A stretch of DNA of 64,000 nt from Octopus vulgaris (taxonomy: Eukaryota): NCBI GenBank assembly GCA_951406725.2, contig OX597825.1, positions 48,608,001 through 48,672,000 on the forward strand, in the 5' to 3' direction. Below the pieces are notes generated by a model, which did no database searches, had not been told where the DNA came from, and saw only the letters and a list, made by a program, of their open reading frames with translations. Within the stretch, counting starts at the first letter, position 1; each line of letters starts with the position of its first letter. This document shows, one piece after another, positions 12,255 through 26,850 of the stretch. Both the position numbers and the translations under genes were made by a program.

Positions 12255-12590
12255 CAAGCAAGGCTGAGTGGTTAAGGATTTCGTTTGACAACCATGATGT
12301 TGTGAGTGCGATCACACAGCATGGAATGATGGAAAAGTGCAGGTATCATAATCCTGGGTCGATCAACGTACTCTAAGTGAAACTGGATAGATGGAAACTA
12401 TGAAGAAGGCTTTCGGATGAACTCTATCTGTAATTCAAAGCTCCAGTCTTTTCGCTGTTTCATGCTGATTTTGCCTGAGAATTATGTCAAGGGTTCACAT
12501 GTCTATGGGTTACTCAACAAAATTAGACGTTAATTTAGTAAGAAGGTCATCAAGGAGATCGAACAGCTGGACACTCATATCGAAATCCAT
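12255..12590 (+). mobile_element. Decayed tRNA-derived SINE
   Basis: ggctgagtggttaagga..caaccatg..; gatggaaactatgaagaag resembles the intact copy at 26599. Confidence 0.5.
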
Positions 12591-12715
12591 GGCACACACT
12601 CACAACCCCACACACTCACACTAGCACATGTAGTTTTACATTGTGCAGTTCATTTGGATACTAAAACACTCGTTTTGATTGTTTGTTCTTGTTGTTGTTA
12701 TTGTTGTTGAGGTCT

Positions 12716-12915
12716 TGAACTGGTAAGAAACGTTAGCACTTCGGGAAAAATGCTTAGCAGCATTTCGCCGTCTTTACGCACTGAGTTCAAATTCCGAAGT
12801 GGACTTTACCTTTTGTCCTTTCGGGGTCGATAAAATAAGTACCAGCTGAATACCGCGGTCGATGTAAACGACTTACCCACTCTCCCGAACTTGATGGCCA
12901 AAATTTGAAACCATT
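12716..12915 (+). mobile_element. tRNA-derived SINE with Meta-like central domain
   Basis: cgttagcac..aaatgcttagc..gagttcaaattcc..cctttcggggtcgataaaataagtaccag. Confidence 0.8.
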
Positions 12916-14509
12916 ATTATTATTGTTATTATTACTATTATTAGCAGTTTAGAAGTTGATTAATTTATCAATTAATTCTGTAATTGACTGTATCAGTGAT
13001 ATTTCTGTTATCATCCGTATTAAGAGTCGAATGTAAAGTCTAACTCGGAGTAATTATTGCCTTAATAGATGTACGGTAAATGAGCAACTTACGGCACTGA
13101 CATCATTAGTGAATGGTAAGAGTGATTTCAAGTAATAACTGTATGTGTATAGACGTGTGAAGGTCTGTTTATGTGTGTATGTCTGTATGTGTGTGTATGT
13201 TTGTGTTTACATGAGTGTGTGTAGTGTCTATGTAGTGTGTATATAGTGTGTATGAGTGGGTGCATATGTATGTGTATGAATATGTATATGCTTGTGTAAG
13301 TGCGCATGCGAGCGTGTTTTTATGTGTTTAATTATCAATAGATAGATTACTAGTTCTTTGATGTAGAGAGAGACTTGGAATCGATGAGATTGGTTATACA
13401 CACACACAAACACACACACACACACAGAGACACACACACACACACACACACAAATATAGATATATACATATATATATATATATATATGCACATATAGATA
13501 TATACATATTTATATTTACACACACACACACACGTACATATATATATATATATATATGCATACACACATGTATGTATATACACATATGAGTGTATGTGTA
13601 TGTATGATGCAGAGGTCAATGTAAATGTCCATTCCGCTTGTCTATCGAATCGAATATCTCATCTAGACACTGTATCGATATCGTTTATAGTCGTATTGGA
13701 AGATACAAGAGATATGCAATTGGTTTACATTGGCAGGATTAATGGAGGTGAGGCCATGAAATAATCACTTTTAATCGGGAAACAATAAAATAAAAAAATT
13801 CTTCAAACACTTTGATTCATTCTTGTAATAACACTCAGATCACGTTTAAGCGACTCTCAGAGACTTTTAGTGATTTCCTCCATAAACGACGAATCTGATA
13901 GTAGTCAACATAATTCGATGACTGTAAACTTTCGACATAATCTCTTAATCTTTATTGATGTATATTATATTTGATAATAAATAATACGAGAGTGTTTCAA
14001 AGACAGAACAAATTTAATTATTGTAGCCATTACAGACAATCTCCAGTCAGCTATATGTCTCTAAAGACACAAGTAAAAGAATTTCCATTTCATATTTAGC
14101 AGGCATAACTAAGATGTACAATTGTTATCGACAAAACTCTTACATGATGATAGATGAGGCTAAGAAATGTGTTTTAAACGAAATCACCATAAAATTGCGA
14201 CATTAAGAATTTATTTCGATCAAAATCAAACGAATCTTCGAAATATTTTCGCAAAAACTGAGTAGGTTAGATTTACTTATCAAAGTTTCATCAGAGGACA
14301 GACAATAGATAGATAGATAGATAGATGGATTGGTAGATAGATAGAGAAAGAAGGAGAGAGATAGGGAGGGAGAAACGGAAGAGATAAATGGGTAGGCTCG
14401 TAGGGATTATATACACATGCACCTCACACACACACACACAAACGGGTGTGTGTATGCGTTCATATGTATATGAGTGGACGTGTATCGTAATGTAAGAGAT
14501 GTAAAATAT

Positions 14510-14700
14510 CTTCTTTTGTCTTTCATCATTTACTTATTTCAGTCTTTAGACTGTGGCCATCTTAGGGCACCGCCTTGAAGGATTTACTTGAATAAAATGA
14601 CCCCAGTACTTATTCGTAAGTCTGGTCCTTATTTTATCAGTCCCTTCTCGAACTGCTGAAGTTTGGTTGTCAGGTGGTGGCAGGGGTCAAACACAAACAC
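14510..14700 (-). mobile_element. SINE 3' half
   Basis: ttcagtctttagactgtggccat..gcaccgccttgaag..gaccccagtacttatt. Confidence 0.7.
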
Positions 14701-14808
14701 ATATCCATCCCTCCATCCCTCCATCCATCCATCCATCCATCCATCCATCCATCCATCCATCCATCCATCCATACATACATACATACATACATACATACAT
14801 ACATACAT

Positions 14809-16025
14809 GAGACGAAGTAATATCGGTAGAGGCACAAGGTCAGCCCAAAAAGCCTTTGCATGTCGCATTGTTTCTTACAGCTAACACCTGCTGAACAGGA
14901 AAGAAAGAAATAAGTATATTCCATGCAGACTAAAAATTGAGAACAGGAACATCTTCAGAGTTGAAGAAGAACTACGGTGCATGTACTCTGAGAATACAAC
15001 TGTCTAATACGACCCAAAGGAAGCTAGACTGGCTTACCTAACCACAAGCTGGGAGGAGAAGCAGACATCAAACCAACAAAAAGCAATGCATGGGTACATG
15101 TCCAAAGAGCTAGAGGGCAACAACAGCATTGACAGGAAGAATAGACTCTTTCTGTACTTGCGACAAATACATTACATCCCACCTAGTAGGATATGCCTTC
15201 GATATCCAGGAACAAAGGGTAGCTATTAAATATCTGATAAACAAGAGAGATACCACAAAACCTCTACGTTGTGATAGAAGATGTTGGCTCTGCTATACCA
15301 GTGTGGAAGATATCACCCATATCAGCATTAGCTGCTCCAAAATGTCTACGAGATACTACCTACCCCTGAGCTATGATATAGTTGCAACGACTATCTACAA
15401 TGTTATCCGCAGGAAAGGCTTCCATGAGGTATACATTAAAGGCATGTCAGAACCAGCAGGTATTCACACCTTTAAAAACAAGAAATGCTGGTGGAACACC
15501 CCAATAAAAGCATCAATTCGGTGCAAACATAAACCTGTTATTCTTCTGTGAGACAGAGAACAAAAGTCATGCCCTTTTGCAGAGGTCAACTGACCAGTAG
15601 ATGTGAATGTACAATCAAAAGTCCGGGAAACAGAGAACATCTATAACAAATTAATGCGCAACTTACAGCTATTGTACTCAGATCATGAATTCTCATTCAT
15701 ACCTATCATCATAGGTGCATTAGGTTATATATCTACAAATTCGCACAGAAACCTAAGAATACTCGATTTCACGGAAATAAGCAAAAGAAACTGACGCGGA
15801 TCCTCCAAATCCAATCCGATTAGTGGTACAAGGAAGATTTGTAAGACATTCTAAAAATTCTCTGTTTGAGATTCTTATGTGAATAGATGCACACATTTGA
15901 GTGCATGCATCGACAGTTCAACCAACACACCAATTCAAGCACATATTTACTAATGCCGGGAACTCTTTTAAGTCAAAAAGGTTTGTTGTTTTGTTAGCAA
16001 CTGGCTTGAACTATCTCAAGAACTT
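14809..16025 (+). mobile_element. R4/Dong-like RLE non-LTR retrotransposon, 3' fragment, flanked by (CATA)n-type repeats
   Basis: GYAFDIQEQ, CWLC..EDITHI..SC zinc knuckle, WWNTPIK..KHKP, LMRNLQLLY..IPIIIGALG. Confidence 0.85.
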
Positions 16026-16117
16026 AAATTATACATACATTCATGCATACATGCATAAATAAATACACACACAAAATATCAGTGGATATAGAGAAGGAAG
16101 TAGTTTGGAACATAAAT

Positions 16118-16171
<54 letters not shown>

Positions 16172-17959
16172 AGAGAAAAAGAGATAGAGTGAGAAAGAGA
16201 AGGAGTAGTGGGGAGAGCCAAATATTTGGTTGGCGCTGATGTCATATTTCTTCAACCATACTATAAAAGACCAACGTGTTAATATGGACAATTGCCAAAG
16301 AGAAAGCAGCCGCATTACATACTCTGTTGGTGGACTTCATTTTATCCTAAATTAAGAAAACAGGATGACTTTCACCATACTAATGCAATCGGATATCTTT
16401 CATCTCAAACTAATGCTTCTAAGGTATACATAATATTGAACCAAAACCTCTTCATAAAATGCACTAGACTGGAGGTTGTGGGTACATTGTTATAGCTTAT
16501 GAGTACCGTTACAGGTGATATATTTATATTTCTAGACGATGAAATACACTCACAAATCCAAAGGTTAGAAAAAAGAACGTGACATCATCATTCGAGTTCG
16601 TATGTCAATACGAATTGCGATATGTCAGCTACACTGTATTTTTACGATTACATAGACGATATTTAATCGATAGCTCGTGTTGTTTGAGAGATTTCACCAA
16701 AAGTGTTTGTGTTACTCAATATAGCATGGAAGATAGTATCTGGAGAAGTGTGTGAGACATTTAGGCTATAGGAAATGAACAATCGGCTTGGCCAGAGGAA
16801 GTGGGACACTTGCGGTAGTGATCGAAGTGACAAAGAGAAGCACCTGAGACAGTCGGACAATTATTTGGCGAAATGGTAATGGTGAACTCAAGATGTAGTA
16901 GAAGCAATGCCGAGTAATGTGGAAGAATCGAACCCATCATTTTTGCTGTTTCTACCCAGAATTGTAAGATGGATGTGATTAATACTCAACCTGAACATCT
17001 GCAAGGATAGAACTCCGAGGAAAGTAATTCAGTAAAGTAATTCCGAGGAAAGTAATTCATCGGGAGAGCATGAGTTGAGGGTGGCACACAACCTACAAAT
17101 TCCTGTAAAAAGGAGGAGTTACTACAGCGACAGACGGTTCAAAAAACTGACACATCATATAGCTGAGATAGAGTTAGTGGTGGTTGTTTCTTGGCATGAA
17201 AGGCCTAGGTTCTTTTCGATGAAGTTTAGAATGAGGTCCACAAATGTACCTGGCGGAAGATTAGCAGATGTTTGCAGCCGAAGTGGTTTATGTCACTAGA
17301 TAGCAAATCAAATTTTTGTATCGAAATCCTATAAGAAAAATGCAAAGTCTACGAGAAAGTAGATAAAAATTGATTAAAGAATTTAAAAACGGTAAACAAA
17401 GTTGATTGATCAATAAAGAATCATCTCCTTATGCAGTTTAATGTAAGAATTTTAATATGTGGCTCGTGAATTAATGTTTACATGCTAGAAAACTGGAGTT
17501 GACTCAATAAATATTAAAAGATAACGAGGCATTTATAACGTAAAACAAAAAGTAAAAGTTAATATACTCGTACACACACACACGCACACACACTCTCTCT
17601 CACACACACATATTAGTGGATGCCTATGTATAAGCATATATGTACATATGTATGTATGTAAATACGTATGTATATGCAAACATATTTTCAGTCTAAAATC
17701 AATATATTTGAAGCATTTATTCTCACATAAAACTGTCTATTTTCAATACATTTATGCATACGCATATCTGTCTGTCTCTTCCTCTGTCTCTTTATATAAA
17801 CATATACTTATGCAAGCATAATGATATAGGCACACACAAAACACGCAAACAAATGCTCAGCGATGCATGAAGAAATATACACAGGAAACTATGTAAACGC
17901 ACACGCGCACACACACACAGACACACACACTAACACGCACACAAATACACAGACACACA

Positions 17960-18024
<65 letters not shown>

Positions 18025-18044
18025 TCACGCCCACCCGCACGCAC

Positions 18045-18605
18045 TTTGCCTTTTATCCTTTCGGGGTCGATAAATTGAGCACCAGTGAAGTACTGTCCAT
18101 GTAATCAACTTAACCCATATTCCGAAATTGCTGTCCTTGAGCCAACATTTTAAACCAGTATTTAGATTCAGTAAAGCTGCGAGCTGATAAAATCTTTACC
18201 GGGAAAAATGCTTAGCGGCATTTCGTCCGTCTTTATGTTCTGAATTTGAATTCAGTCGAGGCTGGCTTTGCCTTTCATCCTTTCGAGGTCGATAAAATAA
18301 GTGACAGTTGAACATTGGGGAGAGGGATGTAATTAACTTACCCTTCCTCCGATCTTGCCAAAATTTGAAACTAATATTAGATTCAATAAGGCGGCGGGCC
18401 GGTAGAATCGTTAGCACGCCGGGCAAAAAGCTTACTGGTAGTTCGTTCTGTCTTTATGTTCTGAGTTCAAATTCCGCCGAGGTAGATTTTGCCTTTTACC
18501 CTTTCGAGGTTGATATTATAAGTACCTCTTGAACTCTCTGAGGTAGATGCAATAAATTTACCCTCTCCCTCGAAACTGTTGGCCTTATGCCTGACTTTGA
18601 AATCA
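18045..18605 (+). mobile_element. Three tandem Meta-domain SINE copies
   Basis: gccttt.atcctttcg.ggtcgataaa repeated at ~18048, ~18270 and ~18491. Confidence 0.8.
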
Positions 18606-20356
18606 ATCTTAGAAACCTATTTAAGTTTACTGCTCTATGTTTTGGGTTCAAATTTCAGCATTAAGCCTATTCTGAAATTAGATATTTTGGCTAATCAAGT
18701 CTACTATAGTCAACAGTTTCACATTTCTAGTCTCGTATTAAAGTAACAAATTTATAGTTTAATTTAACATCCCAAACCTCCTTGAACAACAAGCAAGCTC
18801 TTGATACGCTTTGACCAAGCGTCTTGCTTTCAATTTTAGTAAATGCTCTGGAAACAACTCTCAGAGAATCAGTCCAGTGAAGACGTTGTTGTTGTTGTCT
18901 AGTTGTTGTCTAAAGACTTATAAGAAAAGAGTTCCAGTTGTGACCACTTCATCATATATTCAAATATACTGTATACAGAGCTACATCATTCAATGTGTGC
19001 TGATATATCTAATAGGATATTGAATATAGAATCAATACAATATTGTTTCTTTTTTTGGCTCATCCATCAAGTTATTTCGAATCTTGCGTGAAAGCCATAT
19101 CAGTCACATATCACAAAACTGCTCATGTTTTAAAGTTATGAAACGTTTTTCTATTTGTATAAACAAAACTGAAACATTGTAAAAAAATACAATTTTTTTG
19201 TTTGATATTTATCTAAGATAAAATTTTGATAAATTTGTCAAATACGACGGTGGACATGTTTCTGATTCGAATTTACGGAGAATGTAGAAACGAAACACCA
19301 ATATTACATCTAATCGAAATTGTATGAAACAAATAGCAGAGCAGCAACAGCAACATGGATTTCCAAGCTGTTATTAATCAGATTCTCTTATTCCAAAATT
19401 TGATAAAGATAAATGGATCAATGAAGATATATTTCGTTTCAACGAAAACATTGAAAATATTTCAGTTGTATAAAAAGCAATTAATATTTTCTAAATTCGC
19501 TCTTATGTCAGAGAAGTGTCTTCTATTAAAGAATGTGGCCAATAATTCTTCATATATTTATTCTATCACCGTTCATTAACGTCACATGGAACATTCAGAG
19601 GTAACAAATTGTCAAAGAATTGAGCAAAGACGACCTTCCACTTTCACTGTAATGATCGCAGCAGCTGCTGCCGCCTATATATTTTGTTTTCATTTCAAAT
19701 GGATAGGTTGAGGCTCATTTAAAGAGAAAATTTAAAATTATAATGTTCAAATGCTAATTTCATTTTGCTTTTATTGATCTTACAAAATACGAGCACAGAA
19801 ACACACGCACACAAAAACACACATATACACACATATGCACGCGCAAAAAACACACAAATATGTTGACATATACAGAAAGATATACACGTTTACACAATAC
19901 TTAAGCTGTTTATATATATTTATAGCGCGAGCGCGCACGCACACACACAAACACACACACATACACAAATACACACAGAGTATAATTTAATATATACATT
20001 CTTAATGCGTACTTAAGAATATGTACATAAAAATGTGTATAAAAACATAAAAATACAATCACGCCCGCTCACACACACATATGTACGTATATGTGTGTGT
20101 GTATTTATAAACACGCATATTATAAATCGTGTTTTCAGCAAGCTGTATCTAATTAAATTCGTTAAATTTCATCCGTATGAGAAAGTGTGTATGCGTAAAA
20201 TATCATGATACGCACGGTGACATACATATAGACCCAAACACCTATGTATTGGTGTAAATGTGTGTGTGCGCGTGTGTGAGCGCGTGCGTGTAATATATAT
20301 ATTGTGATAAATGCTTTATATGTGTGCATGTACATATGCATGTATGTATGTATGTA

Positions 20357-20410
<54 letters not shown>

Positions 20411-20455
20411 CATATAATACAATATAATATAGTACTGTATATATAATATAATATA

Positions 20456-20537
<82 letters not shown>

Positions 20538-21163
20538 AATATATATATATATATAGATATATGTATTGTTTACACGCACAAGCGCACTTGCCCACATATA
20601 CATATATGTATAGATATTTAATTGGAAGGAGGGGAGTGAGAGTGAGAGGGAACAAATTTTTCTGATACTGAGTTAAGTGATCTTCTCTAGTCTTATTATT
20701 TTACTCCCAAAGAGGAAGCCTCTTTGAGAGTAAAAGAAAATATGAAAACCTACACTAAAACATGACCACACCCATTAATGTAGGCTACACCCTTTCAGAT
20801 TCCTAATAATAACCATCACTCACAACCCTTCTCATTTGACCACGCCTACTAGTAATTGGTTTCTCAATTTTCCTTATATATGTATGCTAGCATAACTTCT
20901 AGTTTATTGGGGAGGGAAGATGTATAGGATGTATTGAATCATTGCTAATGATATGAAGTCAGAACTGCCAGGAAGAGAAACCGTATCCTGAATTTATTTC
21001 ATGCAAGTTTTAACTTATACTACCATATCTGCACTTGAAATATATTAAGTCGTTTATTAACCAACTTTTCATGCTGCTTTATCCGTCACCCTATCCATCC
21101 CTATGTTACTTTCACTCACACACACACACTAGCACATCCATATGCATACAGATGCACAGACAG

Positions 21164-21251
<88 letters not shown>

Positions 21252-22229
21252 TGCTAGCATCTAAATAAATCACGAATATATATTTATAAGCAGAGTAATT
21301 AGGATAAATATTTGTGGATTTCCAGAAGGGGAGAAATAGCTTGATTTCAAACATCAAATCACAAAACAGTTATTTAAAGAAGTTAAAAAACAAACAAACA
21401 AACAAGCGAAAAACATAAATATACTAAAAACTATATGCGGAATAGTTTTGTATGTACTTTGAAAGCGTTTAGCATAAACTGTGTTTTTTTGTGATAATGT
21501 CAGTAAATTCCGTTAAATATAGACCAAAACTGGAGGTAACCACAGAGAAATGCTTTGATGAAAGAGAAAAGAAAATGTATTTTAAATTGATGCATATGAA
21601 TGGCACAACATTACCAAAATATGCTTAATATTCTGATTTTATCAGGATACGGTTTCATTATGAAGCTTTTATGGTGAACACGTTGCCAAATTATGTTTTC
21701 CAAGACATAAGCGACATATCACTAGTCGAATATAAATGGCCGTTATGATATCAGCTGTGAAGTATTCATTAAAAACAATATTTTACACCTTTGATGCAAG
21801 TAATTCAATCACTAACAAAAGAAAAAATACAGTAAAGATACTTGCTTAAGATATCTAATTCTAATAATTGAGTTTTTATCTCTGTCTTTTTTTTAACTCT
21901 ATATTTCCATTCTCTATTCTATCGTTCTGTTCAGAAATACACCATTTCACACATAGATTTGCCTGCCAACAAGAGAACAAGCAGAGACCAACCGAGAGGT
22001 GTTAATTTCGATGCCTTTTATTTAGGCATAAGTGCGACATGTTTGTCAGGGGAAAGAAGGATTCGAACGAAAAACACAAGAGCAGAAATATTTAAGCTGC
22101 AATTTTTAGGGTTCTTATTCAATACATACACACATACATACATACATACATACATACATACATAGATACATACATACATACATATAAAACACACATATTT
22201 ATACAGAGTGAGAGAGAGAGAGAAAAGGT

Positions 22230-22395
22230 GGAGGATGGTAGAATCGTTATTGTGCCCGACAAAAAGCTCCGGCATTTCTTCCGACTTTACGTTCTACGTT
22301 TTTATGACGCCGTGGTTGACTTTGCCTTTCATCTTAACGGGGTCGATAAAGTAAGTGCCGTTCAGCACAGGTGATCTAGCTTCCCTTAAAATTTC
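22230..22395 (+). mobile_element. Meta-domain SINE
   Basis: ggtagaatcgtta..gactttgcctttcatc..ggggtcgataaagtaagt. Confidence 0.7.
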
Positions 22396-22419
22396 AAGCT
22401 TTAGCTCCTCCTCTCTGCC

Positions 22420-22473
22420 TTTTCTTCCTCTTCTTCTTCTGCCTTTTCTTCTTCCTCTTCTTCTTCTGCCTTT

Positions 22474-22505
<32 letters not shown>

Positions 22506-22570
22506 TTCTTCTTCTTCTTCTTCTTCTTCTTCTTCTTCTTCTTCTTCTTCTTCTTCTTCTTCTTCTCCCC
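22420..22570. repeat. (TTC)n microsatellite
   Basis: Direct observation. Confidence 0.95.
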
Positions 22571-23886
22571 CTCCCCCTCTTCCATAATTTATAGCGGTCC
22601 CAGTACAAGAGTAGAGTCTAATATTGTAATTTCATTGCGTGTGACTTCGAAGCTTTGACTTGTGTGGGTCATTCAAACTGTAGCAGTGAGACAAAAAACA
22701 AAGCAAAAAACAACAAAAAACAACAACAAAAACAATACAAACAAAAAAAAACCCAAGACCAAAGGTCTTAGGTAACATTGTTGTATGAAGAGAGGGAAGA
22801 AACTGGTTCAGATAAGGAAAGGGATTTAGAATTAAGGAAATTAAGATGGAAGCCCTGATAATAAGAAAGTAAGAGTCATGCAAAGCATAGGTTGTTATGG
22901 ATGTATGTGTGACAACTAGCAGTCAATTCTCTATCTCACACCTCACTTTCCCAACTACTTATTAACCAAATTCCACTTACGTTGGTTGCTTAAATAAGAA
23001 CCTAGGTGTACGACGTGACGTGAATTTGTAGAAAATCAAATGATCTGTAATATTGAAGAAATTCATTTTGATTCAACAATTCTAGAAGTCAACAACAGGA
23101 CATTATTTAAAGTAACTACGTTGAAGGTCGCCGTATCAGGTTATTGGTAGTGCTATCCAGTGTGTCATGTAAGATGTTATTTCGTTGAAAGATAGTTTTA
23201 AATAAGTGATAATGGGGGCGGGTGTGCTTTGAGACAAAATAATAAAATATTAACATTTCAGATGTGTTGGTAGACATGTATTAAGGTATTTCGTATTGTC
23301 TCCCTCTCGTTCTCTCTCACGAGCAGGATAGGTCTAAGAGAGTCGAAGCGATAAGGTATTGGGAAAGCAACCAAGAGACGTTGAAATTATGTGAATTCAA
23401 CAACATTGTATCTGTGGTCAAGAGATATTTTATTTCAATCATTCAATCAACCTCATCGGGCGACTTTCCCGGACCAAAGCAAATTTTCCACGTCAGATTT
23501 ACGTTTTAGTCACATTGGTCTTTCGGTAGCTGAAATATTTCATCTACGTACGCCCGACTTACAGATGAAAGCAGCAGCTCGCTTACTGAAATGGTTGATC
23601 TTGGCCATTGACACTTTGTTGTCTGTTCATCTGCTCAGCATGTTGTTATATTTGCCATTGACTTGATAAACTCATCTGCCGAAAAGTTTCACTCACTGGG
23701 CTGTATCCCTTGATTTGAACGCATTCAGGTGGTTATATTCTGTAAAAGTTAAAAAACAAGGTCAAAGAAGATGACATTAACAATAAGACCAACAACAATT
23801 ACAACAGCAACATAAAATTTATTATTTTAAAAATCTCAGTTCTAAATAGGTGCTGCATGGTTAGAACAATACTATTACGTACTATA

Positions 23887-25178
23887 CGAGGGACGTTCAA
23901 TAAGTAATGCCTCTGATCCACTTGCAGTTGTTTGATCTAGCTACAATTTTGCACCAGCAATTATTTATATCTCTATAGATTAAATGGTAAATTACAGCTT
24001 TGAACTAATCGTGGTTTCTGATTTACAGGTGTTTGAACTGAGTCAAGTGTGAAATGGAGCCTGTTGAGTGTCGAGCAGTGATCCTGGTTTTTGTATTTGA
24101 AAGGACGCTCACCACGGGATACTTTTAATGAAATGAAAGTAACTTATGGTGATGATGCCCCATCATATGACCTTGTAAAACGCTGGCATCGTGAATTCAA
24201 ACATGGTCGGAACTCTGTGGAAACAGCTCCCAGATCTGGTCGCCCCCCTTCTGCCATTGATAAGGCATCTGTTCGTTAAGTTGAAGCTGCCATTTTGGAA
24301 GATCGACGCATAACTATTCGCCAAATAGCCCATAAAGTCAAGATTAGTACCGGGTCTGTGGAAACTATCATTCATGACCATTTGCATATGCAAAAGGTGT
24401 CTGCCAGATTGATTCCCAGGTTGCTCACACCTTTCCAGAAGCAAGAACGCGTCGTGTGCTCGAGGATGAATTTGGAGATGTGCCAAAAAGATGAGTCAAA
24501 ATTTTTCAAAAGACTGATTACACAGGTTGAAACCTGGGTCCATCACTATGATCCAGGGACCAAAGCTCAGTCAGTGCAGTGGAAGCACCGTGACTCACCT
24601 CCTCCAAAGAAGGCAAGGGTGCAGCCCTCCGCTAGCAAGGTCATACTTACAGTCTTCTGGGACCAGGACGGAGTAGTGATGACAGATTTCCTGGCAAAGG
24701 GTACCACAATTACAGGAGCCTATTATGCTTCTCTTCTGAGGAAATTAAGAGAAGCTATCATAATCAAGAGGCGGGGCAAGATCAGCAAAGGTTGTCCTCC
24801 TGCAGGACAACGCTCCGGTCCACAACTCGCGTGTCGCCAGATCAGAAGCACAGGCGTGCGGCTATGAACTCCTCCCCCATCCCCCCTACTCTCCTGACCT
24901 TGCAGCCTCTGATTTTCACCTCTTCCCAGCCATGAAGTTGTTTTGGAAAGGAAAGCGTTTCCCAGATGATGCAGCCTTGATTTCTGAAGTCACGTCGTGG
25001 TTGGAGGACCAAGCTGGGGTCTTCTACAAAAACGGTCTCCAGAGCTGCATCAAACGATAGGAGAAATGCGTAGCTCTGGGTGGTTGCTATGTAGAAAAAG
25101 ACTAATAACTGTACCAAGTTTCGTTGCTCTACTGCTATGGGAAGTGGGTCAGGGGCATTACTTATTGAACGCCCCTCG
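23887..25178 (+). mobile_element. Full-length mariner (1292 bp), irritans-like, TA target duplication
   Basis: TIRs CGAGGGACGTTCAATAAGTAATGCC / GGCATTACTTATTGAACGCCCCTCG flanked by TA on both sides. Confidence 0.95.
24054..25105 (+). pseudogene. Mariner transposase with stops and frameshifts
   Basis: MEPVECRAVI, PRSGRP, LIPRLLT, ETWVHHYDP, LTVFWD, QDNAPVH, HPPYSPDLAASDFHLF, YVEKD*. Confidence 0.92.
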
Positions 25179-25465
25179 TAAATTGGTGAGTAGTGTATTA
25201 AATTGTAGTGTGAATTGCATGTTAAAGCTACTAACAGAAGACTAACGTCCTATCCAAGTGCGATAAGCACTGGCCGAATGGATTGTAGAGGCCGTCGAAA
25301 TGAAGGAAACTCAGTATACAAAGATCGAATTGTTCACCTGCATCTCTTGTAGTATAAAAAGAAATTAGTCACATGTATACGTATGCACACACACACACAT
25401 ACAACCGCACGCACACACGCACACACACTCACACACACACTCACACACACACACAAACACACATA

Positions 25466-25502
<37 letters not shown>

Positions 25503-25539
25503 GAATATTGATAGATAGATATTGCTATACTTGGGGAAG

Positions 25540-25813
25540 GCCATTTTTGGGCCAATTAACCACATGCACTATATACTCGTTCAGCATTTCAGATTTATAA
25601 TTATTCTTATTTTAGTGTCCTTTGTCTAAAATCTTTCGCCAATGGACTTAACAGAATAGGCGGAGACACGTGGGATGGAGGGTCGCTAAAGAGGTCACTA
25701 GATGTGTGACAAATAATTTCAGACAAAAGACACTAAAATAAGCATTATAATAAAGCTGAAGTGAATAACAAGTATATAGTGCGTGTGGTTAATTGACAAA
25801 AAAAAAATGACCA
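25540..25813. mobile_element. MITE-like fold-back element
   Basis: ~90 bp imperfect inverted arms: caattaaccacatgcactatatact..ttattttagtgtcctttgtct vs agacaaaagacactaaaataa..agtatatagtgcgtgtggttaattg. Confidence 0.7.
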
Positions 25814-26183
25814 TCATCAAATATAACAATATGTTTCAACACATGATTTCACATCAGGAATCCAGCAAAACAAATACACACACACACGCACTCTCTCTCT
25901 CTCTCTCTTCCTCTCTATCCAGACACACTCACACACGCACGTGTTTGTATGTTCATATGTAAGTATGTATTTGTTTGCAAGATTCTTGATGTGAAACCAT
26001 GTGTTGCAACAGATATTGTTATTTTTGGTGATGGTCATATGTATAAATGTATGTGTCTGTGCGTATGTATGTATGTATGTATGTATGTATGTATGTATGT
26101 ATGTATGTATGTATGTATGTATGTATGTATGTATGTATGTATGTATTTATGTATGTATGTGTGTATGTACCTATGTATGTATG

Positions 26184-26756
26184 TCCTTATTCAGTTTTAT
26201 TTCAAGATTTCAAGGAAGTGCCAGTTCTAACCTAGATCCAAGACTGTCACTGGAAACAACATTAACAAACTATTTTTGTATGTACGTATGTTTAGGTGCA
26301 GATTTGTATGTGCAGATTTTGTTTTATGTATGTATTCTCATGCATATAGTTGCATGTCTAGACATGCTTATATATACTTAGATGATAAATTTCTGGAAAG
26401 TTTTACAGATTTTTACAGTTCAAATGAGTACAGTTGGATCTGTACTCTTCTAATCAGCTTTCTCCTTTTTTGGTTATAAGATGCCTAATTTCTTCGGATT
26501 GGTATTTAGGAAGTGTGTTGCATATCCCAGTGCCCCAATAATTACAAGTATATACCTGAACTTGTAATCTGGATAGAGTAGCTGTATATTCCTCAATAGG
26601 CGCAGGAGTAGCGTGGTAAGTACCTTGCTTACCAACCACATGGTTCCGGGTTCAGTCCCACTGCGTGGTACCTTGGGCAAGTGTCTTCTACTAGAGCCTC
26701 GGCCGACCAAAGCCTTGTGAGTGGATTTGGTAGACGGAAACTGAAAGAAGCCCGTC

Positions 26757-26850
<94 letters not shown>

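Noticed and set aside
16600-17300. Possible decayed LINE
   Set aside because: No motif could be read reliably
26599-26670. tRNA-like A and B boxes
   Set aside because: SINE head; no cloverleaf, so not a tRNA gene
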